NCBI GenBank assembly: GCA_046075685.1
Contig: JBJTQP010000224.1
Span: 310 to 64,309, forward strand
Source: Planctomycetaceae bacterium
GTDB taxonomy: Bacteria > Planctomycetota > Planctomycetia > Pirellulales > UBA1268
Direction of reading: 5' to 3'
DNA length: 64,000 nucleotides
Below, in pieces: positions 17,722 through 26,838 of this stretch (position 1 is its first letter; the number at the start of each line of letters is the position of its first letter). The position numbers were made by a program, and so were the translations under genes. Below the pieces are notes generated by a model that was not told the origin of the DNA, searched no databases, and saw only the letters and a list, made by a program, of their open reading frames with translations.

Positions 17722-18606
17722 CTAGGCAAGCGCGGCGAGCACGAGATCGGCGACGTCGGCCAGCCCGCCGTCGTCGTTCGTGCCGACCACGACGTCGGCC
17801 GCGGCCCGCACCTCGGGTCGGGCGTTGCCCATCGCCACGCCGAGCCCGGCCTCCCGGATCATCGGCAGGTCGTTGACGTCGTCACCAACCGCACAGATCT
17901 CGGCGGCGGCGATGCCCCAGCCGGCGGCCACCTCGCGGATGCCCGACCACTTGCTCACGCCCGCGGGGGCGATCTCGCACATCCAGTCGCGGTACCGCGG
18001 GCTCTTGATCGTGTGCACCTCGAGCCACCCGGGAAACGCCCTGCCGAGGGCGGCTTCCAGCGCGGCCATCTCGGCGTGCGGCCCCATCGCGAAGCCCCCG
18101 AAGACGTCGGCGGGCGGCGCCTCGTGAAGGCCGGGCATCACATCGGCGAGGCCGCGGTTGCGGCCGAGATACTCCGGCAGGCCGCCTCCGAACGCCTCGG
18201 GATCGGCGGCCGCCGCGGCGAGGCTGCGGCAGTGAAAGTCGAAGCCTCGGGAGTAGCTGTCGCTGTAGAGGATCGGCTCGTGGCCGCGCTCCACCACCAG
18301 CCGCACCACGCCCTCGACCACGCCCGGCGCGAACGACGCCCGGAAGAGCGTGGCGTGATCGGACGGCCGCTTCACGAGCGCCCCCGAGGCCGAGACGAGC
18401 GGCTCGTCGAGCCCCAGGCCGCGGGCGACGGGCAGGGCGTCACGGTAACGCCGCCCGGTGGCCAGCATCACCCGCACCCCGGCGGCGAGCACGCGTGCGA
18501 CCGCATCCCGGGCAGCCGTCGGGACCTCGTGCCGCGAGTCGGTGAGCGTGCCGTCGATGTCGAGCGCAAGCAGCCTCGTGCGGGCCGCGGGGTGCCGATC
18601 CGTCAT
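17722..18606 (-). CDS. HAD-superfamily hydrolase, Cof-type (subfamily IIB) phosphatase
   Basis: Motif I is LLALDIDGTLT and motif IV is VGDDVNDLPMIREAGLGVAMGNA. Confidence 0.85.
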   Translation of the reverse strand: MTDRHPAARTRLLALDIDGTLTDSRHEVPTAARDAVARVLAAGVRVMLATGRRYRDALPVARGLGLDEPLVSASGALVKRPSDHATLFRASFAPGVVEGVVRLVVERGHEPILYSDSYSRGFDFHCRSLAAAAADPEAFGGGLPEYLGRNRGLADVMPGLHEAPPADVFGGFAMGPHAEMAALEAALGRAFPGWLEVHTIKSPRYRDWMCEIAPAGVSKWSGIREVAAGWGIAAAEICAVGDDVNDLPMIREAGLGVAMGNARPEVRAAADVVVGTNDDGGLADVADLVLAALA

Positions 18607-18623
18607 GCGTCTATGATACCGGC

Positions 18624-18968
18624 ATGGCCGTTTCCGACGACGACGCGACGCCTTTCACGCCCGTGGCCCGGCACGGCGACATCCCCGCCGGGGAGGGCCG
18701 CACCTTCGAGGTGGGCGGCCGGTTGGTCGCCGTGTTCTTCGACGGCGCGACCTACCACGCGATCGACGACCTCTGCCCGCACATGGGCGCATCGCTGGGC
18801 TCCGGCCCGTTCGTCGACGGCGTCGTCACCTGCCCCTGGCATGCCTGGCGGTTCCGGGCCTGCGACGGCGCCTGGTGCGACAACGAGAAGCTGCGGGCCG
18901 AGGTGTTTGCCGTGCGTCGCGCCGGTGACGCGATCGAGGTTCGCGTGCCGCCGGCCGCTACAGCGTGA
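18624..18968 (+). CDS. Small Rieske [2Fe-2S] domain protein (NirD / Rieske-ferredoxin type)
   Basis: The motifs CPHMGASL and CPWHAWRF occur in a 114-aa protein. Confidence 0.8.
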   Translation: MAVSDDDATPFTPVARHGDIPAGEGRTFEVGGRLVAVFFDGATYHAIDDLCPHMGASLGSGPFVDGVVTCPWHAWRFRACDGAWCDNEKLRAEVFAVRRAGDAIEVRVPPAATA

Positions 18969-19653
18969 CCGACTCGCCGGGCACGAGCACCCGCGCCGCG
19001 GCGACACCGTCGGCGATGACGCCCCGGGCCCAGGCCGCGGCATCCTGCTCGATCGGCGGCCACGTGCCGTAGTGGCTCGGCAGGGCGAGTGTCGGTGCGA
19101 GCAGGCGGATCGCCTCCCGGGACGCGTCGGGCCCCATCGTGAACAGGTCGCCGATCGGGAGAATCGCGGCGTCGAGCCGCCGGCCGTCGCGCCGGCGGCC
19201 GATCCGTTCCATGTCGGAAAACAACGCCGTGTCGCCCGCGACGTAGATCAGCCGCCCGCCCACGTCGAGCAGCCAGCCGCAGGGATTGCCGCCGTAGCTC
19301 CCGTCAGGCAGGCTCGACGAATGCCAGGCGAGTTCCATCGTGGCCGTGCCGCCGGGCACCGCCGCGCTGCCGCCGAGGTTCATCGGCTGCACGTTCTCCA
19401 CCCCCTGCCTGCCGAGCCACTGGGCGATCTCCCAGTTGCAGAACACCTTCACCCCGGTCCGCTTCGCGACGGCCACGAGGTCGGCGACGTGATCGAAGTG
19501 GCCGTGGGTGACGAGGATCGCATCGCAGGCAACGCGTTCGGCCGGCATGCTGCAGCCGGGGCACTCGTCGAAGAACGGGTCGATGAGCAGCACGCCGGCG
19601 CCGGTGTCGACGAGCCAGGTGGCGTGTCCGGTCCAGGTGAGGGTGACGGGCAT
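18958..19653 (-). CDS. Metallo-beta-lactamase-fold hydrolase (UPF0173-like)
   Basis: It has N-terminal TWTGHATWLV, the ILVTHGHFDHVADL motif and a length of 231 aa. Confidence 0.8.
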   Translation of the reverse strand: MPVTLTWTGHATWLVDTGAGVLLIDPFFDECPGCSMPAERVACDAILVTHGHFDHVADLVAVAKRTGVKVFCNWEIAQWLGRQGVENVQPMNLGGSAAVPGGTATMELAWHSSSLPDGSYGGNPCGWLLDVGGRLIYVAGDTALFSDMERIGRRRDGRRLDAAILPIGDLFTMGPDASREAIRLLAPTLALPSHYGTWPPIEQDAAAWARGVIADGVAAARVLVPGESVTL

Positions 19654-19705
19654 GCGAACGGCTCCGCGGGTCGGGGGAATGGGTGAACTCTATGGCGCAT
19701 CGGCT

Positions 19706-21145
19706 CTACGGCCTCAACCGGCGCATCATGCACTGCTTGTACTGCTCCACCCCGGGCTGCCCGTAGGGGTTCGTGCCCACGAGCCGCCCCTCGACCACGG
19801 TCGCGAGCATCAGCATCTGCAGCAGCTGGCCGACCACGTGCTCGTCGATCCGGGGCAGCGTGATGTCGGCCGTCGGCCGCCGGGCGTCGGCATACGCCTC
19901 GTTGGTTCCCGCGACCGCCGCAGCCAGCATCTCGGGCCACGTCCTGCCCACGAGGTCGTCGAGTTTGTCCTGGTTGGCGGCGTAGCGGCCGAGCGCGGGC
20001 AGCAGGATGGGATCGCGACGCGGCTCGCCGACCACGAGGTTGGTGATCAGCTTGTCGCGGCGGCCATCCTGGTGCTGCTGCCCCCGGGAATGGAGGTCGC
20101 GGGTGGTGACGGCCGTCAGCGGCGTGGCGCCCCGCCCATCCTTGCCGAGGCTTTCGGAAAGCAGCTGGTCGTACCACAGCCCGACCGCCTCCAGACGATT
20201 GCTCCACGACGAGAGCACCCGCAGCGCGGCGCCGGCCTCCTCGGCCAGATGGCAGACGCCGACGTACTGCAGCACCGGATTCTCCGCGACGGGCGACTCG
20301 CGGAAGCGACGGTTCATCGCGGCGGCCCCCTCGAGGAGCCGCACCACGTCGATGCCCACGATGGACGCCGGCAGCAGGCCGACCGCGGTGAGCAGGGAGA
20401 ATCGCCCGCCGACGCCGTCGGGAATCTCGAACACGTCAGGACAGCCGATCGCCCGGGCGAGGTCGGCGAGCCGTCCCGTCCGGCCCGTGATCGGCACCAC
20501 CACCTCGGCGAGCCGGTGCACGTCGCCGCCGACCGCCTCGAGGAGGGCCGCGAGGAACAGCCGCGTGGCCACGGCCGTCTCCAGCGTGCCGCCGCTCTTG
20601 CTGACGACGAGCACCGCCCAGCGGTCGAGCAGGTCGTCGCCCCGCGGCCGCCCGTGCGGGGCCACGAGATCGAGCAGCCCCGGGGCGGAGTCGTTGTCCA
20701 TGTTGAAGCCCTCGAACGAGAGCCGCGGCCGGCCGCCACGTTCGCCGCGGGGCAGATCATTGTGAAACGGATGGCAGCAGGCCTCGAACAGGGCCCGCGT
20801 GCCCATGTAGGAGCCGCCGATGCCGAGCACCATCACGCGATCGACCGCATCGCGGATGCGCCGGGCCGTCTGCAGGATCGCGAACAGTTCGCTCGCGGGC
20901 CGCTGCGCGGCGTAGTCTGCGAGCAGCCTGTCCGGCAGGTCGATGAAGGCCGGATCGAGGGCCTCGCCCGGCGTGACGACGCCGCTCCGCCAGCGGCCGA
21001 GGTCGGCGAGCGTCTCGCCGCGGGCGGCGTCGAGCCGTCCCGCGAGTGCGGCGAGTTTCGCCGGCGGCACGATGCCGGAGGTGAACACGGCCGTCGGATC
21101 GTAGTGGATCGGATCCTCGGGCGGCTTCGGACGGATGACGCTCAT
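19706..21145 (-). CDS. pgi: Glucose-6-phosphate isomerase (short bacterial/archaeal-like form, 479 aa)
   Basis: The sequence VMVLGIGGSYMGTRAL ... VVSKSGGTLET ... IPDGVGGRFSLLTAVGLLP ... NPYGQPGVE is diagnostic. This is the C-terminal 479 aa of track ORF 19706..23941. Confidence 0.85.
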   Translation of the reverse strand: MSVIRPKPPEDPIHYDPTAVFTSGIVPPAKLAALAGRLDAARGETLADLGRWRSGVVTPGEALDPAFIDLPDRLLADYAAQRPASELFAILQTARRIRDAVDRVMVLGIGGSYMGTRALFEACCHPFHNDLPRGERGGRPRLSFEGFNMDNDSAPGLLDLVAPHGRPRGDDLLDRWAVLVVSKSGGTLETAVATRLFLAALLEAVGGDVHRLAEVVVPITGRTGRLADLARAIGCPDVFEIPDGVGGRFSLLTAVGLLPASIVGIDVVRLLEGAAAMNRRFRESPVAENPVLQYVGVCHLAEEAGAALRVLSSWSNRLEAVGLWYDQLLSESLGKDGRGATPLTAVTTRDLHSRGQQHQDGRRDKLITNLVVGEPRRDPILLPALGRYAANQDKLDDLVGRTWPEMLAAAVAGTNEAYADARRPTADITLPRIDEHVVGQLLQMLMLATVVEGRLVGTNPYGQPGVEQYKQCMMRRLRP

Positions 21146-21271
21146 GATGGGGCCTCGAACGGCGGGCGTGTTTGGGGCGGGAGGGCGGCGGTGTAGATTC
21201 TGGCGGCGGAACTCTAGCCGATCGCGAGAAACACCCGCAAACGCCGCCTCCCTCCCCGCAGGAACATCGCC

Positions 21272-22477
21272 GTGAAAGAACACGACCTCATCCGCGAACT
21301 CGCCGAGAAGAACACCACCAAGATCGTGCTGCTCGTGGCCGACGGGCTTGGCGGGCTGCCGCTGACGGCGGGCGGGAAGACGGAGCTCGAGACGGCGGCC
21401 ACGCCCAACCTCGACCGGCTTGCAGCCCGAGGCACGAGCGGGTCGAGCATTCCGGTGCTGCCGGGCATCACGCCCGGGTCCGGTCCCGGCCACCTCGGAC
21501 TCTTCGGCTACGACCCGCTGGAGTTCAAGATCGGCCGCGGCGCGCTGGAGGCCACAGGCATCGGCTTCGAACTCGGGCCCCACGACGTGGCCGCCCGCGG
21601 CAACTTCTGCACGCTCGACGCCGCCGGAACGATCTCCGACCGCCGCGCCGGGCGGATTCCGTCGGAGGAGAGCTTCGCCGTCGTGGAGAGGCTCCAGGCG
21701 GTGAAGATCCCAGGGGTCGAGACCTTCGTGAAGCCGGTCAAGGAGCACCGCTTCGTGGTGGTGTTCCGCGGCCCGGGCCTCGACGGCCGCGTCGCCGACA
21801 CCGATCCGCAGGCCGTGGGCGTGGCCCCGCTCGACCCGCAGCCGGTCGACCCGGCGGCCCGCAAGACGGCCGACGTCGCCACGGAGTTCGTGCGGCAGGC
21901 CCGCGCGATCCTGAAGGACGAGAAGAAGGCCAACGGCATGGTGCTCCGCGGCTTCGCGGCCAAGCCCGCCCTGCCCGGGTACGAGGAACTCTACGGCCTG
22001 CGGGCCGCGGCGATCGCCGTGTATCCGATGTACAAGGGCCTCGCCCGGCTGGTGGGCATGACGCTCGTGGGCAAGCCGCAGTCGCTCGACGAGCAGATCG
22101 CCGCGCTCGCCGCCTGCTGGAACGAGTACGATTTTTTCTTCCTGCACTTCAAGTACACCGACTCCACCGGCGAGGACGGCGCCTTCGAGCAGAAGGTGAA
22201 GCGGATCGAGGAACTCGACCGCGCGATCCCCGGGATCGAGGCGCTCAAGCCCGACGTGCTGATCGTGACTGGCGATCACTCCACGCCAAGCAAACTCAAG
22301 AGCCACTCCTGGCACCCGGTGCCCACGCTCCTCGTGGCCGACACCTGCCGGCCCGACGGCCTGACGAGCTTCTCGGAGCGGGACTGCCTTCGCGGCGGCT
22401 TCGGGATCTTTCCCGCCAAGCACCTGATGCTGCTGGCGATGGCCCACGCCCAGCGATTCGGCAAGTACGGCGCGTAG
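21272..22477 (+). CDS. apgM: Cofactor-independent phosphoglycerate mutase, archaeal type
   Basis: It starts at a GTG and has IVLLVADGLGGLP ... and ... LIVTGDHSTPS. The 401-aa length is typical of ApgM. Confidence 0.85.
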   Translation: MKEHDLIRELAEKNTTKIVLLVADGLGGLPLTAGGKTELETAATPNLDRLAARGTSGSSIPVLPGITPGSGPGHLGLFGYDPLEFKIGRGALEATGIGFELGPHDVAARGNFCTLDAAGTISDRRAGRIPSEESFAVVERLQAVKIPGVETFVKPVKEHRFVVVFRGPGLDGRVADTDPQAVGVAPLDPQPVDPAARKTADVATEFVRQARAILKDEKKANGMVLRGFAAKPALPGYEELYGLRAAAIAVYPMYKGLARLVGMTLVGKPQSLDEQIAALAACWNEYDFFFLHFKYTDSTGEDGAFEQKVKRIEELDRAIPGIEALKPDVLIVTGDHSTPSKLKSHSWHPVPTLLVADTCRPDGLTSFSERDCLRGGFGIFPAKHLMLLAMAHAQRFGKYGA

Positions 22478-22485
22478 CGACGGCA

Positions 22486-22506
22486 CCGCAGGCTGCAAGC
22501 CCGCGG
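22486..22506. repeat. REP-like palindrome, type A core (ccgcaggct-gca-agcccgcgg)
   Basis: Direct reading. It lies 9 nt after the apgM stop. The same core occurs at 40150..40170 and 47166..47186. Confidence 0.85.
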
Positions 22507-22535
22507 CGAAGGGGTAATGGCTGCATCCCGCCCGC

Positions 22536-22563
22536 CCAGTAGGTGCAGGCTTGCAGCCTGCAC
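22536..22563. repeat. REP-like palindrome, type B (ccagtaggtgcaggcttgcagcctgcac)
   Basis: An identical 28-mer occurs at 47211..47238. Its core is a 9-bp stem, gtgcaggct / agcctgcac. Confidence 0.9.
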
Positions 22564-22663
22564 ACCGGTGACGGCAAAACACCAGCGACCACGCATGGAG
22601 GCTTCCCGACGCCGGAATCGCAACTAGAGTCGAGGGATACCGCCCAGGAGTTCCACGAGCCTG

Positions 22664-23713
22664 ATGCCCCGCCCCTCCGACGACGACCTGTTCCAGAGCT
22701 CGACGATGACCTTCGGCGAGCACCTCGAGGAACTCCGTGGCTGCCTGATCCGGGCGGCGGCGGGGCTGGCCGTGGCGGTGCTGCTCGGCTTTTTCGTGGC
22801 CCGGCCCGTCGTGCACCTGATCGAGGAGCCGCTGCGGAGGGCGCTGGGCGACTATTACTCCACGCGGGCCATCGAGACGGCCGCCGACTGGCGGACGCGG
22901 ACGCCGGGCGGCGCAGCCCTGCCCTACTCGCAGGCCGAGATCCGCGACGCCGTCGAACGGCACGGGATGACCTTCGAACTTCGCGAGGTGCACCCCGACC
23001 GGCTCGCGGCCGTGATCGCGGGGGGCACGGCCGGCACCGGCGGCAGCGGGATCGCAGCGGGCGGCACGGCGGCCTTCGACACCGACGCGCTGGTGCCCGT
23101 GCTGCTCTGGCAGCCGCTCTCGCGTGACCCGCGGGTCAGCATCACCACGCTGTCGGCGCAGGAGGCGTTTGCGATCTACGTGAAGGCGGCGCTGCTCGTC
23201 GGCGTGGTGCTGGCGAGCCCATGGATCTTCTACCAGCTCTGGACGTTCGTCGCCGCAGGGCTCTACGTGCACGAGCGGAAGTGGGTCTGGACGTTCCTCC
23301 CGATCAGCATCGCCCTGTTCCTGGCCGGCGTGTTCATCGCGTTCTTCTTCGTGTTCGACTTCGTGCTCGACTACCTGCTGCAGTTCAACGCCTGGCTGGG
23401 GCTCGATCCCGATCCGCGGATCAGCGAGTGGCTCAGCTTCGTGCTCATCATGCCGATCGGCTTCGGGCTCGGCTTCCAGCTCCCCCTGGTGATGCTGTTC
23501 CTCGAACGGATCGGCGTGTTCGAGGTGGAGGCCTACACGGCCCAGTGGCGGATGGCGGTGCTCGTGATCGTGATCGCGTCGGCCATCCTCACGCCCGCCG
23601 ATCCCTACAGCATGCTGTTCCTCGCCGTGCCGCTGTGCCTGCTCTACTTCGGCGGCGTGGGCTTGTGCCGCTGGTTCGGCGGCCCCGGTCAGGCCACGAA
23701 GGCGAGCCAGTAG
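22664..23713 (+). CDS. tatC: Twin-arginine translocase subunit TatC, with an enlarged first periplasmic loop
   Basis: The sequence MTFGEHLEELRGCLI ... YQLWTFVAAGLYVHERK ... AILTPADPYSM is collinear with TatC. About 95 extra residues sit between TM1 and TM2. Confidence 0.85.
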   Translation: MPRPSDDDLFQSSTMTFGEHLEELRGCLIRAAAGLAVAVLLGFFVARPVVHLIEEPLRRALGDYYSTRAIETAADWRTRTPGGAALPYSQAEIRDAVERHGMTFELREVHPDRLAAVIAGGTAGTGGSGIAAGGTAAFDTDALVPVLLWQPLSRDPRVSITTLSAQEAFAIYVKAALLVGVVLASPWIFYQLWTFVAAGLYVHERKWVWTFLPISIALFLAGVFIAFFFVFDFVLDYLLQFNAWLGLDPDPRISEWLSFVLIMPIGFGLGFQLPLVMLFLERIGVFEVEAYTAQWRMAVLVIVIASAILTPADPYSMLFLAVPLCLLYFGGVGLCRWFGGPGQATKASQ

Positions 23714-24141
23714 AACACGCTGCCGGTGACGGCCGTGAGCAGCAGGTCTGCGGCGGCAAGCCGGGCCATGCGGCGGTGCCGCGGGCCGTGCGTGCCGGCC
23801 GCCGGCGGCACCGGGAATCGCGACAGCGCCTCCCACACCACCCAGGCCCAGAGCACGAGGGTCGAGATGGCGAACACGAGGTGGACGCCGAGGGCCACGA
23901 GCACGCCCCTGGGCCACCAGGCGTTGGGCTCCCCGCCCCACGGTCCGCCGCCTGCGGCCCGCACCCGCCAGTCGCTGAACAGCCGGATGTCGATCTCGAA
24001 GACCACGATCGCCGCCAGCAGCGCGGCGACGATGAACAGCTGCAGCCGCTTGTGGGCCGCGTATCTGCCCCGCCGGACGAGGGCCACGCTCCAGGCCAGC
24101 ACCGGCAGGAGCGCGAGCAGACCGACGAGCACCACGTCCAT
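23689..24141 (-). CDS. DUF420-like integral membrane protein
   Basis: The 150-aa hydrophobic protein has four predicted helices. The start was set at MDVVLVG and could lie further upstream. It overlaps the convergent tatC 3' end by 25 nt. Confidence 0.5.
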   Translation of the reverse strand: MDVVLVGLLALLPVLAWSVALVRRGRYAAHKRLQLFIVAALLAAIVVFEIDIRLFSDWRVRAAGGGPWGGEPNAWWPRGVLVALGVHLVFAISTLVLWAWVVWEALSRFPVPPAAGTHGPRHRRMARLAAADLLLTAVTGSVFYWLAFVA

Positions 24142-24317
24142 GCCGAACGATGCCCGCGTGCCGAGAAAGCCGTCGAGCCCGCGGGCGGCCGACGTGGTCG
24201 TCGAGGCGGCTGGCGGCACGGTCACGATCTCGGGGTGGGCGACGGTCGCAGGGAGATTCGGCGGATTGTAGCGGCCTGCTGCCCGCGGCGGACTCCCGGC
24301 GATACGATCATGCCACC

Positions 24318-24403
24318 GGCCGAGTGGCGAAACTGGCAGACGCACGGGACTTAAAATCCCGTATCCCGCAAGGGGTGTGCGGGTTCGATCCCCGCCTCGG
24401 CCA
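24318..24403 (+). tRNA. tRNA-Leu (anticodon UAA), 86 nt, CCA not encoded
   Basis: I folded it by hand. The acceptor is ggccgag/ctcggcc with discriminator a. The anticodon arm is cggga-cttaaaa-tcccg, the variable arm is long, and the T arm is gcggg-ttcgatc-cccgc. Confidence 0.9.
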
Positions 24404-24472
24404 CTGCCCGCGAGGCCTCGCGGCCCGCAGTCGGCCTTGCCTCGGCCGCCCGCAGGCCGGTATCTCCCCGGC

Positions 24473-24748
24473 ATGGCCTTGCGTAACCATGAGTCGTCGG
24501 CGTCGCCCGGGCAGGTGTCCGTCTGGCTGCCCTGGGTCGCCGCGCCGCTGTTCTTCCTCCTGCCGATCTGCGGTTGCGGCGTCGCCGGGGCGGCACGGCG
24601 GCCTGCGATCGCGGCGGATGTGGCCGAGGCGCCGCTGCCCGGGCCTGCCGATCGGGTGGCGACGATGGTGACGGTCGTGACGCCGTCTCGCTCGGTCGCG
24701 ACGTCCGGCAACACCGTCGAGACGCCCTTCGGACCGCGCTGCCGCTGA
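24473..24748 (+). CDS. Possible small lipoprotein (91 aa)
   Basis: It has an internal Met of track ORF 24377..24748, the signal/lipobox-like segment WLPWVAAPLFFLLPICGCG, and high third-position GC. I recognised no homology. Confidence 0.35.
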   Translation: MALRNHESSASPGQVSVWLPWVAAPLFFLLPICGCGVAGAARRPAIAADVAEAPLPGPADRVATMVTVVTPSRSVATSGNTVETPFGPRCR

Positions 24749-24823
24749 AAAAGTGGCGGCCGGCCGGCCGGCGCACTAGTTTTGCTCGTGGGTTCCCGAC
24801 CGGGCCCCAGGGAGAACACGGGC

Positions 24824-26833
24824 ATGTCACTACGTTCCAGGATCGCCGCGGTGGCCGGGCTGCTGGTGCTCGCCGCCATCGCGGTGAGCACGCTCGTGCA
24901 GACGCTCGCCGCCCGACGGGCGCTCATCGAGCAGGCGCGGGCGGGCGCCGACGGCATCGCCCGGATGCTCGCCCGGGCGGCTGCATTCGCCGAGGACGTG
25001 CCCGCGCTGGTCGAGGACGAGATCGGCCGGCACATGCTGGCCGAGGCCCGCCTGCTTGCGGCCTACGTCGCCGCGGCGGAACGGGCCGGCGACTCGACGG
25101 CCACGATCACCGACCGGCTCGCCGCGGTGGCCGACGAGACCGTGGTCGACCAGCTGCTGGTCACCGGCACGGACGGAGCCGGCACGATCGACTCCGCACG
25201 GCCCGAGAAGCCGTTCGTGTTCCTCGCCGATCCGGCGCGGCAGCCCGAGGCACACGCCTTCCACCGCCTGCTCACGGGCGAGACGCAAAGTCTGGTGCAG
25301 AAGGCGCAGCCCCGGGATCAGGACGGCCGCATCTACAAATATGCGGGCGTCGCCGGCCTCGACAAGCCGCGGATCGTGGAAGTGGGCATGGAAGCCACCT
25401 TTCGCGATCGGCTGGAGAAGAATCTCGGCGTTCGCCGGCTAGTCGCCGAACTGGTGGGGGGAGACGTCCGCGAGGTGCAGGTGCTCGACCGGCAGCTCGC
25501 GCCCATCGTCGGCCGGCGGCTGGACGCCGAGGGCGGCCCGATCGAGGGCGGATCGATGCTCGCCGTCGACGACACGGCGCTCGCCCGCGAGGCGATGGCG
25601 TCGGGCCAGCCGGTCGGCCGGCTCACCGCCGACGGCTACCATGTGGCCGCACCGGTCTCCCGCGCCGACGGGCGTTCCTCCGGCGCCGTGCTCGTGACGC
25701 TCGCCGCCGACTCGAGCCGCGACGTGCTCTGGTGGCAGGCCGCGGGCGCGGCCGCTTCAGCCCTGCTCGTGGGGCTGCCGGGAGTGCTGGCCGCGATGTG
25801 GATGGCCCGCTCGATCGCCGAACCCGTGAACCGGGCGCTGACTGTGGCCGAGTCGATCGCCGCCGGTGACCTCACGCACCGCATCGAGGCCGGCGGGGGC
25901 AGCCGCGAGATCGGCCGACTGCTCGGGTCTTTCGAGCGGATGACGCAGTCGCTCGGCGGGCTGGTGGGACGGATTCAGCAGGCCGGCGAGCGGCTCTCGA
26001 GCGTCGAGGCCGACGCCACCTCCGCACTCACCCGGCAGGAGCAGGCGGTGCGGAGCGTGAACGGGTCGGCCAACGAGATCGCCGCGGCCGTCACCGAGAT
26101 CTCCGCCACCGGCGAGCAGCTCCTCGACGCGACCAGCAGCGTCACGAGCATCGCCCGGGAGGCGGCGGAGGTGGCCGAGCAGGGCCGCGGCGGACTCGAG
26201 AGCATGGCCGCCTCGATGGAGCAGCTCGACGAGGCCATGAACGCCTTCACGAGGAAGCTCGCCACGATCAGCCAGCGGGCCAGCGGGATCACCTCCGTGG
26301 TGACCACGATCGCGAAGGTGGCCGAGCAGACGAACCTGCTCTCGGTGAATGCCACGATCGAGGCGGAGAAGGCGGGCGAGTCGGGACGCGGCTTCCGCAT
26401 CGTCGCCCAGGAGATCCGGCGGCTCGCCGACCAGACGGCCCTCTCGACCAAGGACATCGAGCGGATGGTCCGCGACATGCAGGCCGCGGTCGCGAGCGGC
26501 ACGATGGAGATGGACCGCTTCCGCAACGAGGTCAGCGGCCGGATCGGGGAGGTGGCCGACGTCAGCGAGAAACTCGGCCGGATCATCGAGCCGGTGCAGT
26601 CGGTCACCAGGTCGCTCGAGACGGTGCACCAGGGCATGGAGTCGCAGTCGCTGGGCGCCCGCCAGATCCGTGACGCCATGGGCACCCTGCGGACCGAGGC
26701 GGGCGAGTCGGCCGCGTCGTTGGCCGTGTTTGCCACGTCGCTGGCCGAACTCCGGCGGGCGATCGTGGAACTCAACGCAGAGGTGGCCCGCTTCCGCACC
26801 AGTCCGGACGGGCGCACCGACGCGGTTGCCTGA
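24824..26833 (+). CDS. Methyl-accepting chemotaxis protein
   Basis: It has an N-terminal TM helix, a periplasmic region of about 290 aa, a second TM helix, a HAMP-like segment, and the highly conserved signalling hairpin AEQTNLLSVNATIEAEKAGESGRGFRIVAQEIRRLADQT. Confidence 0.85.
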   Translation: MSLRSRIAAVAGLLVLAAIAVSTLVQTLAARRALIEQARAGADGIARMLARAAAFAEDVPALVEDEIGRHMLAEARLLAAYVAAAERAGDSTATITDRLAAVADETVVDQLLVTGTDGAGTIDSARPEKPFVFLADPARQPEAHAFHRLLTGETQSLVQKAQPRDQDGRIYKYAGVAGLDKPRIVEVGMEATFRDRLEKNLGVRRLVAELVGGDVREVQVLDRQLAPIVGRRLDAEGGPIEGGSMLAVDDTALAREAMASGQPVGRLTADGYHVAAPVSRADGRSSGAVLVTLAADSSRDVLWWQAAGAAASALLVGLPGVLAAMWMARSIAEPVNRALTVAESIAAGDLTHRIEAGGGSREIGRLLGSFERMTQSLGGLVGRIQQAGERLSSVEADATSALTRQEQAVRSVNGSANEIAAAVTEISATGEQLLDATSSVTSIAREAAEVAEQGRGGLESMAASMEQLDEAMNAFTRKLATISQRASGITSVVTTIAKVAEQTNLLSVNATIEAEKAGESGRGFRIVAQEIRRLADQTALSTKDIERMVRDMQAAVASGTMEMDRFRNEVSGRIGEVADVSEKLGRIIEPVQSVTRSLETVHQGMESQSLGARQIRDAMGTLRTEAGESAASLAVFATSLAELRRAIVELNAEVARFRTSPDGRTDAVA

Positions 26834-26838
26834 CGGGC

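Noticed and set aside
22543-23127. ORFs beginning MQACSLH (also 47218..47523 and 47226..48782)
   Set aside because: Their start codons lie inside the REP-like type B palindrome, and the bodies are antisense or out of frame to tatC and the phosphodiesterase gene.
21146-23941. Remainder of the 1411-aa minus-strand ORF upstream of pgi
   Set aside because: It is antisense to apgM and tatC. Only the C-terminal 479 aa show PGI motifs.
24150-24480. tRNA-Leu as the attachment site of an integrated mobile element
   Set aside because: I noticed no integrase, excisionase or phage genes nearby and no duplicated tRNA 3' segment. The flanking genes look like ordinary chromosomal genes.
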